Shown in pieces: positions 17,654-24,175 of a stretch of 32,835 bases of DNA; within the stretch, counting starts at the first letter, position 1; every line of letters begins with the position of its first letter. Below the pieces are notes generated by a model. That model was given only the letters and a program-made list of their open reading frames with translations, was not told where the DNA came from and ran no database searches. A program made the position numbers and the translations under genes. Source of the stretch: Candidatus Nealsonbacteria bacterium. Lineage in GTDB: Bacteria; Patescibacteriota; Minisyncoccia; Minisyncoccales; MHMH01. The stretch covers positions 1 through 32,835 of the forward strand of contig JAUYKD010000038.1 in assembly GCA_030700195.1 (NCBI GenBank). Reading direction: 5' to 3'.

Positions 17654-17980
17654 ATGTCAAGAAGTTTAAAAAAAGGTCCATATGTCGATGAAAGGGTATT
17701 GAGAAAGCTGAAGAATTTAAAGCCGGGAGACAAGGCCATTATTAAGACATGGGCAAGAAGCTGCGCTATAAGTCCTGAAATGATTGGGTTTACCTTTGGA
17801 GTTCATAATGGCAAAGAACACGTGCCAGTCCACATTACTGAAGATATGGTCGGACATCGCCTGGGCGAATTTAGTTCAACGACTAAGTTTGGCAGGCATG
17901 GAGGCAGAATGCAGAAAGATATTGAGACGAAAGAAGCTGGTAAAGAAACTCAAAGCATAAAAATCGAACAAAAAGAATGA
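17654..17980 (+). CDS. rpsS: 30S ribosomal protein S19 with C-terminal charged extension
   Basis: MSRSLKKGPYVDE...FGVHNGKEHVPVHITEDMVGHRLGEF. Confidence 0.95.
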   Translation: MSRSLKKGPYVDERVLRKLKNLKPGDKAIIKTWARSCAISPEMIGFTFGVHNGKEHVPVHITEDMVGHRLGEFSSTTKFGRHGGRMQKDIETKEAGKETQSIKIEQKE

Positions 17981-17981
17981 A

Positions 17982-18117
17982 CCCCGTTAGAAGTCTTAGA
18001 ATTTAAAATTTTGATGAGAAAATTTTTAAATTTGAATAAATAAAATATATCAACTATAAAAATCAACTATGTCCAATAATAATTATCATAGAACAGAAAA
18101 AGCAACTTCTAACGGGG
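17982..18117 (+). repeat. Family 1 stem-closed element, long form (copy B, 136 nt, divergent interior)
   Basis: CCCCGTTAGAAGTC...(A)ACTTCTAACGGGG, flanked by TGAA/TGAA. The interior is unrelated to copies A, C and D. Confidence 0.75.
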
Positions 18118-18506
18118 TGAAAAGCAAAGCCAAACTCAACTATTTAAGAATAGCTCCGAGAAAAGTAAGATTGGTGGCCGATATAATTCGCGGCAAATCT
18201 GTTTTTGACGCCAGGAATATTTTGGGCTTTACTATTAAGAAAGCGGCTCATCCCATGTTGAAGCTTTTGAATTCAGCCGTAGCTAATGCCGGGGATATGC
18301 CAGTAGAGAATCTTTTCATATCAAAAGTTGAGGTTAATGAAGGCCCGAAATTAAAAAGGTCCAGGCCCAGAGCTCGGGGCAGAGCATACGAGATACAGAA
18401 AAAGACAAGTCATATTATTATTGTTCTGGATGAAAAAATAACAAAATCTAAAAAACCCAGAAGAAAGGCAAAACCTTCCGCTGGTCTAAAAAAACATGAG
18501 TCATAA
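18117..18506 (+). CDS. rplV: 50S ribosomal protein L22
   Basis: GTG 18117 gives (M)KSKAKLNYLRIAPRKVRLVADIIRGK, the usual spacing to the RKVRLVAD motif. The track ATG 18069 is in-frame but inside element B. Lys-rich C-terminal tail overlaps rpsC. Confidence 0.85.
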   Translation: MKSKAKLNYLRIAPRKVRLVADIIRGKSVFDARNILGFTIKKAAHPMLKLLNSAVANAGDMPVENLFISKVEVNEGPKLKRSRPRARGRAYEIQKKTSHIIIVLDEKITKSKKPRRKAKPSAGLKKHES

Positions 18507-19131
18507 GGTGCATCCAAAATCATTTAGGTTGAGAAATTCCAGCGATTGGGATTCCAGATGGTTGAGCAAGAAAAATATGCCCCAGTATTTGGAGGAGGAT
18601 TTTAAGATTAGGCAATTTCTTGAGAAGAAGCTCAAAGAGTGCGCCATGGAGCGCGTTGAAATTGAAAGATTCTCAGAAAAAATTAATGTTATTATCAATA
18701 GCGGTCGTCCCGGTTTGATTATAGGAAGAGGCGGCAAAGGAGCGGAAGATCTGAAAAAAGAAATAGAAAAATTTTTAAAAGCCAAATCAGAGGTAAGAAT
18801 TGAAATAAGAGAGATTAAAAATGTTTGGGCTTCAGCTTCTTTATCGGCTCAATGGGTGGCTCAGCAGCTGGAAAAGAGAATGCCGCACCGTCGTGTTTTA
18901 AAACAGGCCATGGAGAAAATTATAGCTAATAAAGAAGTAAAGGGAGCTAAAATAGAAGTTTCAGGAAGATTAGGCGGCTCTGAAATCGCCAGAAGAGAAT
19001 GGCTGAAAAAGGGAAGATTGCCATTGCAGACCTTGAGAGCTATAATTGATTACAACCAATCAGAGGCTTTCTGTACGTACGGAGTTATCGGCGTTAAAGT
19101 TTGGATTTATAAAGGTGAAAGATTTGAATAG
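18496..19131 (+). CDS. rpsC: 30S ribosomal protein S3
   Basis: [12 protein letters not shown]...KH domain [13 protein letters not shown].... Confidence 0.95.
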   Translation: MSHKVHPKSFRLRNSSDWDSRWLSKKNMPQYLEEDFKIRQFLEKKLKECAMERVEIERFSEKINVIINSGRPGLIIGRGGKGAEDLKKEIEKFLKAKSEVRIEIREIKNVWASASLSAQWVAQQLEKRMPHRRVLKQAMEKIIANKEVKGAKIEVSGRLGGSEIARREWLKKGRLPLQTLRAIIDYNQSEAFCTYGVIGVKVWIYKGERFE

Positions 19132-19133
19132 CG

Positions 19134-19544
19134 ATGCTTTATCCTAAAAAAGTAAAACATAGAAAATGGCATAGGGGTAAAAGAAGAGGCAAGGGAATAG
19201 AAACCAGAGGAACTGAGCTGAGCTTTGGCAGTTTTGGCTTAAAAGCCCAGGACGGTAAATGGCTAACTGCCCGTCAGATTGAAGCTGCCAGAAGAGCAAT
19301 CATTAGATATTTAAAGAAAGGCGGCAAGCTTTGGATAAGGATTTTTCCGGATAAGCCTGTAACCCAAAAAGGGACAGAAGTGCCGATGGGCGGCGGCAAA
19401 GGAGGAGTTGACCATTATGTTTCTGTGGTTAAGCCGGGTAGAATGCTTTTTGAGTTAGAGGGGATAAAAGAAGAGATGGCCAGAGAAGCGTTTAAGAAAG
19501 CAACTACCAAGTTGCCAATTAAGACTAAATTTGTTAAGAAATGA
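19134..19544 (+). CDS. rplP: 50S ribosomal protein L16
   Basis: [15 protein letters not shown]...[11 protein letters not shown].... Confidence 0.95.
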   Translation: MLYPKKVKHRKWHRGKRRGKGIETRGTELSFGSFGLKAQDGKWLTARQIEAARRAIIRYLKKGGKLWIRIFPDKPVTQKGTEVPMGGGKGGVDHYVSVVKPGRMLFELEGIKEEMAREAFKKATTKLPIKTKFVKK

Positions 19545-19545
19545 A

Positions 19546-19677
19546 CCCCGTTAGAAGTCCTAGCCCGAAAAAATTTAGATTAAATTTTTTCTGCAAGGCA
19601 ATAACGAGGGAATAACCAATAATAAATGTTTGTCTGAAATTAGCTTTGTGCTATATTAAGATAGACTTCTAACGGGG
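19546..19677 (+). repeat. Family 1 stem-closed element, long form (copy C, 132 nt)
   Basis: CCCCGTTAGAAGTC...GACTTCTAACGGGG, flanked by TGAA/TGAA. The last G is the first base of the rpmC GTG. Confidence 0.8.
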
Positions 19678-19910
19678 TGAAGATACAAGACCTTCGCCAA
19701 AAAACAAAGCAAGAAATCGCAAAACTCCTGGTTGATAGCCGGGAACGTTTAAGATTATTAAGATTTGACCTGGCAGCCGGCAAAGTGAAAAATGTCAGGG
19801 AAATCAGACAGCTTAAAAAAGATATTGCCAGAATATTAACATTGCTAATTGAGCTCCGCGATAGCGGAGCGAAGATAAAGAAGAGAATAAAATTCTCTTC
19901 GCCTAAATAA
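19677..19910 (+). CDS. rpmC: 50S ribosomal protein L29, C-terminal about 18 aa encoded by a family 2 repeat
   Basis: (M)KIQDLRQKTKQEIAKLLVDSRERLRLLRFDLAAGKVKNVREIRQLKKDIARILT is L29. The tail LRDSGAKIKKRIKFSSPK is read from the hairpin element 19851-19903. Confidence 0.9.
   Translation: MKIQDLRQKTKQEIAKLLVDSRERLRLLRFDLAAGKVKNVREIRQLKKDIARILTLLIELRDSGAKIKKRIKFSSPK
19851..19903 (-). repeat. Family 2 bipartite hairpin element inside the rpmC 3' end (inverted orientation)
   Basis: GAGCTCCGCgataGCGGAGCGAAGATAAA-GAAGAGAATaaaATTCTCTTCGCC. Confidence 0.7.
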
Positions 19911-19914
19911 CATG

Positions 19915-20046
19915 CCCCGTTAGAAGTCTTAGCCAGAAAAAATTTGAATTAAATTTTTTCTGCAAGGCAATAACGAGGGTATAACCAATAATAAATATTT
20001 GTCTGAAATTAGTTTTATGCTATATTAAGACAAACTTCTAACGGGG
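19915..20046 (+). repeat. Family 1 stem-closed element, long form (copy D, 132 nt)
   Basis: CCCCGTTAGAAGTC...(A)ACTTCTAACGGGG, flanked by CATG/TATG. The rpsQ ATG starts 2 nt after the element. Confidence 0.8.
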
Positions 20047-20047
20047 T

Positions 20048-20311
20048 ATGCCAAAAAAGAAATTATCCGGAGTTATTACTTCGGTCAAAATGAAAAATAC
20101 AGCGGTTGTTAAGGTAGAGAGGCTCAAGCGGCATCCAAAATACCTTCGGACATATAAGATTCACAAAAAATACAAAGCTCATATTGAAGGAGCTGAATAT
20201 GCCGTGGGAGAAAAGGTTATTATTGAAGAGTGCGTGCCTGTGAGCAAAGATAAAAAGTGGAAAGTTATTAAAAAAGTCGATGACAAAATTTCGTTAGTCA
20301 ATGAAAAATAA
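20048..20311 (+). CDS. rpsQ: 30S ribosomal protein S17
   Basis: KLSGVITSVKMKNTAVVKVERLKRHPKY...EECVPVSKDKKWKV. Confidence 0.93.
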   Translation: MPKKKLSGVITSVKMKNTAVVKVERLKRHPKYLRTYKIHKKYKAHIEGAEYAVGEKVIIEECVPVSKDKKWKVIKKVDDKISLVNEK

Positions 20312-20409
20312 ATTTTTCATTTCCAACTTTACCCTCGTTAGTCAATGAAAAAGGGCGATGAGAACTTTGTTCTCATCTTCACCTTCGTTTTAATAAATTA
20401 AAACTCGGT
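20301..20409 (+). repeat. Family 2 bipartite hairpin elements (one degenerate and one full unit)
   Basis: ATGAAAAATaaATTTTTCATTTCCAACTTT...CTCGTTAGTC, then GGGCGATGAGAACtttGTTCTCATCTTCACCTTCGTTTTAATaaATTAAAACTCGGTC. The rpsQ stop lies in the first hairpin. Confidence 0.7.
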
Positions 20410-20411
20410 CA

Positions 20412-20783
20412 ATGATCCAAACAAGAACAATGTTAAAAGTAGCGGATAACAGCGGGGCAAAAATCCTTCAGTGTTTTCAGATATTGGGAGGCACCAGACA
20501 CAGATACGCAAAGTTGGGAGATATTATTGTCGGCACGGTTAAAAAGGCAGAGCCGAGAAAAGTTGTTAAAAAGCACGCGGTTGTCAGAGCGGTCATTGTC
20601 AGACAAAGAAAGGAATTAAGGCGGCCGGGAGGCACTTATATCAGGTTTGATGATAATGCCTGCGTTATTCTGGAAGAAAAGACAAAAGAGCCAAAGGGTG
20701 GAAGAATTTTCGGTCCAATTGCCAAAGAAGTCAAAGAAAAAGGATTTGATAAAATAGCCGCTATGGCCGAAGAATTAGTGTAG
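20412..20783 (+). CDS. rplN: 50S ribosomal protein L14
   Basis: MIQTRTMLKVADNSGAK...GDIIVGTVKKA.... Confidence 0.96.
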   Translation: MIQTRTMLKVADNSGAKILQCFQILGGTRHRYAKLGDIIVGTVKKAEPRKVVKKHAVVRAVIVRQRKELRRPGGTYIRFDDNACVILEEKTKEPKGGRIFGPIAKEVKEKGFDKIAAMAEELV

Positions 20784-20837
20784 GCGATGAGAATAGAATT
20801 CTCATCTTCAACTTCGTCCCGCTGCGCGGGACTCGTT
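20783..20837 (+). repeat. Family 2 bipartite hairpin element
   Basis: (TA)GGCGATGAGAATagAATTCTCATCTTCAACTTCGTCCCGCtgcGCGGGACTCGTT, followed by CAATG (rplX start). Confidence 0.8.
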
Positions 20838-20839
20838 CA

Positions 20840-21145
20840 ATGAAAATACATAAAGGCGACCAAGTATTAATAATTTCAGGAAAAGACCGAGGCAAAAAAG
20901 GTAAGGTTTTAGACGTGTTTCCGAAAATAAATAAACTGCTTGTTGAAGGGGTAAATATAAGGAAAAAGCACGTCAGACCCAAGAAGGGCGGAGAAAAAGG
21001 TCAGGTGGTGGAAATGCCAAGCCAAATTGCTTCTGCTAATGTTATGCTGCTTTGCTCGAAGTGCAATAAACCGACCAGAATAGGCAGCAAAATCGTTTCA
21101 AATAAAAAATATCGCATTTGTAAAAAATGTAAACAAGAAGTCTAG
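20840..21145 (+). CDS. rplX: 50S ribosomal protein L24 (KOW domain plus C-terminal Cys4 ribbon)
   Basis: MKIHKGDQVLIISGKDRGKKGKV...; CSKC...CKKC. Confidence 0.93.
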   Translation: MKIHKGDQVLIISGKDRGKKGKVLDVFPKINKLLVEGVNIRKKHVRPKKGGEKGQVVEMPSQIASANVMLLCSKCNKPTRIGSKIVSNKKYRICKKCKQEV

Positions 21146-21146
21146 T

Positions 21147-21704
21147 ATGTTAAACTTAAAAGAAAAATACATAAAAGAAGTTATTCCGGCCATGCAAGAG
21201 AAGTTTGGTTTTAAAAGTGTTATGGCTGTGCCAAGATTGGAGAAGGCTGTTGTTAATACCGGATTTGGCAGGGAAATTGTCGGCAAAACATCGGACGAGC
21301 AGAAGAAAATCATTGACTCTGTTATTGCAGATTTATCTTTAATCTGCGGCCAAAAAGTTGTCGGGACGAAAGCCAAGAAAGCCATAGCTTCTTTTAAAAC
21401 AAGAAAGGGCATGGTTATCGGAGCCCGTGTTACTTTAAGAGGACAGAAAATGTACGACTTTCTGGGAAGATTAATAAATATCGCTTTGCCCAGGTCCAGG
21501 GACTTTCAGGGGATTGAGCCAAAGTCAGTTGATAATGGAGGCAATTTAACCATAGCCGTTAAAGAACATATTTCTTTTCCTGAAGTTTCTCCGGAAAAGG
21601 CAAAAAGTATTTTTGGTTTTGAAGTAACAGTAGCAACTACGGTGAAAAATCGCGAATTCGGATTAGAATTATTTAAATTACTGGGATTTCCTATTAAAAA
21701 ATAA
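21147..21704 (+). CDS. rplE: 50S ribosomal protein L5
   Basis: Position after rplX. ...[24 protein letters not shown].... Confidence 0.95.
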   Translation: MLNLKEKYIKEVIPAMQEKFGFKSVMAVPRLEKAVVNTGFGREIVGKTSDEQKKIIDSVIADLSLICGQKVVGTKAKKAIASFKTRKGMVIGARVTLRGQKMYDFLGRLINIALPRSRDFQGIEPKSVDNGGNLTIAVKEHISFPEVSPEKAKSIFGFEVTVATTVKNREFGLELFKLLGFPIKK

Positions 21705-21705
21705 T

Positions 21706-21891
21706 ATGGCAAAAAAATCGCAAATAGCCAAATCAAAAAAGAAGCCCAAGTTTTCGAGCAGAATTGTCCGGCGCTGTTTTAGGTGCGGTAGGAAAAGAGC
21801 TTTTATGAGAAAGTTCGGGCTTTGCCGTATCTGTTTTAGGGAAATGGCTAACAAAGGACTTATCCCAGGAGTTCAAAAATCAAGCTGGTAA
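21706..21891 (+). CDS. rpsN: 30S ribosomal protein S14, short zinc-binding type (type Z)
   Basis: 61 aa. [24 protein letters not shown].... Confidence 0.93.
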   Translation: MAKKSQIAKSKKKPKFSSRIVRRCFRCGRKRAFMRKFGLCRICFREMANKGLIPGVQKSSW

Positions 21892-21895
21892 ATTT

Positions 21896-22282
21896 ATGAA
21901 TCCAACAATTGACATGCTCAATAGAATAAGGAATGCTCAGGCAGTGTTGCATCCTCAAGTCGAGGTAATGTTTTCTAATCTGAATTACGAAATCGCCAAG
22001 ATTTTGGAGAAAAAAGGATTTATTGGAAAAATCACTAAAGGCAGTAAGAAAAAGATTAAAACTCTTGAACTTATTTTAAAATACGACAATAAAATGCCGG
22101 CCATTACCGGTCTTAAAAAGATTTCAAAGCCCGGGCAAAGGATTTATATGCCTGCTAAAAAAATAAAGCAAATAAAAGGCGGATATGGCATAGTGATTGT
22201 TTCAACGTCTAAAGGAATTATGACGGGGAAAGAAGCCAGGCGTCAGAATCTTGGAGGAGAAATTATTTGCGAAATATGGTAA
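21896..22282 (+). CDS. rpsH: 30S ribosomal protein S8
   Basis: DMLNRIRNA... and ...GYGIVIVSTSKGIMT...GGEIICEIW. Confidence 0.95.
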   Translation: MNPTIDMLNRIRNAQAVLHPQVEVMFSNLNYEIAKILEKKGFIGKITKGSKKKIKTLELILKYDNKMPAITGLKKISKPGQRIYMPAKKIKQIKGGYGIVIVSTSKGIMTGKEARRQNLGGEIICEIW

Positions 22283-22289
22283 ATATATT

Positions 22290-22829
22290 ATGTCAAGAAT
22301 AGGCAAAAAACCAATTGAAATACCCAAAGACGTAGAAATAAAGATTGAGGGGAATAGAGTCTCTGTTAAGGGCAAAAGAGGCGAACTTTCGCTTGAAGTC
22401 AGGCCTGAAATTAAGGTGGAAGCTAAAGAAGGGAAAGTGTTCGTTCTTTGCGAAAACCAGGAATACAAAGCTTTTTGGGGGTTGACCAGAGCTCTTATCG
22501 CTAATATAATCCAGGGTGTTGTCCAGGGATACGAAAAGAAATTGGAGCTTGTTGGAGTTGGCTATAAAGTAAACGTTGAAGGAAAGGATTTGGTTTTGAA
22601 TATTGGATTGAGCCATCCTGTAAAAATGAAAGCTCCGGAAGGCATCAGCTTTTTAACGGAAAAGAATATTATTACTATTTCTGGCATTGATAAAGGTTTA
22701 GTCGGACAGACAGCCGCCAGCATAAGGAAAATCAGACCGCCCGAGCCCTACAAGGGCAAGGGGATTAAATATGTGGATGAGCAAATTAGAAGAAAAGAAG
22801 GTAAAAAAGCGGCCACTTCTTCAGCTTAA
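22290..22829 (+). CDS. rplF: 50S ribosomal protein L6
   Basis: MSRIGKKPIEIPKDVEIKIEGN.... ATG 22290 is preferred to track start 22251, which overlaps rpsH. Confidence 0.93.
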   Translation: MSRIGKKPIEIPKDVEIKIEGNRVSVKGKRGELSLEVRPEIKVEAKEGKVFVLCENQEYKAFWGLTRALIANIIQGVVQGYEKKLELVGVGYKVNVEGKDLVLNIGLSHPVKMKAPEGISFLTEKNIITISGIDKGLVGQTAASIRKIRPPEPYKGKGIKYVDEQIRRKEGKKAATSSA

Positions 22830-22831
22830 TT

Positions 22832-23191
22832 ATGTTTAATAAACACCAAACAAGAGAACGTCGAAAAAGAAGAGTCAGAGCGAAAATGTCAGGCACAGCC
22901 AAAAAGCCCCGTCTTTGCGTTTTCAGGTCTTTAAATCATATTTATGCCCAGTTGGTGGATGATGAAAAAGGAAAGACTATTATGGCTGCTAACGATAAAG
23001 AGATTAAAAAAGGGAAGAGAACTAAAGTTGATTTAGCCAGGGAAGTAGGAAAGCTGATTGCCAAGAAGGCAAAAGACCTGCCCGCCAGTCGGCGGGTTGA
23101 AAAAGTTGTTTTTGACAGAGGTTCTTATAAGTACCACGGCCGAGTTAAGGGGGTGGCGGAAGGAGCCAGGGAAGGCGGGTTGAAGTTTTAA
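22832..23191 (+). CDS. rplR: 50S ribosomal protein L18
   Basis: ...PRLCVFRSLNHIYAQLVDD...FDRGSYKYHGRVKGVAEGAREGGLKF. Confidence 0.93.
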   Translation: MFNKHQTRERRKRRVRAKMSGTAKKPRLCVFRSLNHIYAQLVDDEKGKTIMAANDKEIKKGKRTKVDLAREVGKLIAKKAKDLPASRRVEKVVFDRGSYKYHGRVKGVAEGAREGGLKF

Positions 23192-23195
23192 AAAT

Positions 23196-23681
23196 ATGGA
23201 AAAATCATTTTCAAAATTTAGAAGGAGAGGACCGGAAAGGCCAAAGGATGATTTTGAATCCAAGCTTTTGGATTTAGCCAGAATTTCTCATACCAGAGCC
23301 GGAGGAAGAAAAATGAGATTCAGGTCGGTGGTTGTTATTGGAGACAAAAAAGGCAAGGTTGGTTTGGGCATTGCTAAGGGTCAGGATGTGGCCGCTTCCG
23401 TTGAAAAAGCAACCAGGCTTGCTAGAAAGCATTTAATACAAGTTCCCATGAGCGGGGAGACAATTCCTCATGAGGTTATTTCAAAAGTCGGCGCTTCAAG
23501 AATTTTATTAAGGCCACAAAGAAGAGGCAGGGGATTGGTAGCCGGAGGAACAGTCAGAGTGGTTTGCAGTTTGGCCGGGATTAAAGATATTTCTTCAAAA
23601 GTTTTAAGCAGGACAGGCAATAAAATCAATAATGCCAGAGCAACCATAGAGGCCTTAAAAAAGCTTAAGGAGAGAAAATAA
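23196..23681 (+). CDS. rpsE: 30S ribosomal protein S5
   Basis: ...RFRSVVVIGDKKGKVGLGIAKG...GRGLVAGG.... Confidence 0.95.
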   Translation: MEKSFSKFRRRGPERPKDDFESKLLDLARISHTRAGGRKMRFRSVVVIGDKKGKVGLGIAKGQDVAASVEKATRLARKHLIQVPMSGETIPHEVISKVGASRILLRPQRRGRGLVAGGTVRVVCSLAGIKDISSKVLSRTGNKINNARATIEALKKLKERK

Positions 23682-23684
23682 TTT

Positions 23685-24116
23685 ATGCAGCTTCACGAAA
23701 TTAAACCAATCCATAAGAAAAAAAGAAGGAAGAGAGTGGGCCGGGGAGGCAAGAGAGGAACTTATTCTGGCCGAGGTATAAAGGGCCAGAAATCAAGGGC
23801 AGGCAGAAAGCTTGTGCCTGAAATTCGGCATTTGATTAAAAGATATCCTAAATTAAGAGGATACAGGTTTAAGAGCATTCATCTTAAACCGGTGGTGGTC
23901 AATTTGGGGTTTTTAGAAAAGGAATTTAAGGCGGGAGATATAGTCAGCCCTGAAATATTGCTAAAACAAGGATTAATTCGTAGAATAAAAGGGAAAGTTC
24001 CTACAGTTAAAATATTAGCTGGAGGCAATCTTGTTAAGAAAATTGAAGTTGAAGGGTGCAAAGTATCTAAAGCTGCCAAAGAAAATATTGAGAAAGCCGG
24101 AGGAACCGTTCAATGA
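23685..24116 (+). CDS. rplO: 50S ribosomal protein L15
   Basis: MQLHEIKP...RVGRGGKRGTYSGRGIKGQKSRAG. It starts 3 nt after the rpsE stop, so no rpmD lies between them. Confidence 0.93.
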   Translation: MQLHEIKPIHKKKRRKRVGRGGKRGTYSGRGIKGQKSRAGRKLVPEIRHLIKRYPKLRGYRFKSIHLKPVVVNLGFLEKEFKAGDIVSPEILLKQGLIRRIKGKVPTVKILAGGNLVKKIEVEGCKVSKAAKENIEKAGGTVQ

Positions 24117-24157
24117 ACCTTTGGTTCATTTCCATCTTCAATAAATTTTTCATTTAT
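24113..24157 (+). repeat. Family 2-like bipartite hairpin element (AT-rich variant)
   Basis: ATGAACCttTGGTTCATTTCCATCTTCA-ATAAATttttcATTTAT. The rplO stop TGA is inside the first hairpin. Confidence 0.5.
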
Positions 24158-24175
24158 TTTGATGTTAAATAAAAC

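Noticed and set aside
4452-20837. GATGAG in hairpin 1 as a hammerhead ribozyme core (CUGAUGAG)
   Set aside because: GATGAGAA simply pairs with TTCTCATC. There is no downstream GAAA core, no three-stem junction and no cleavage-site context.
4452-24157. Possibility that the recurring hairpin repeats are a CRISPR array
   Set aside because: The copies are dispersed over 20 kb at gene junctions, occur in both orientations, and have variable stems and irregular spacing. No cas genes are present.
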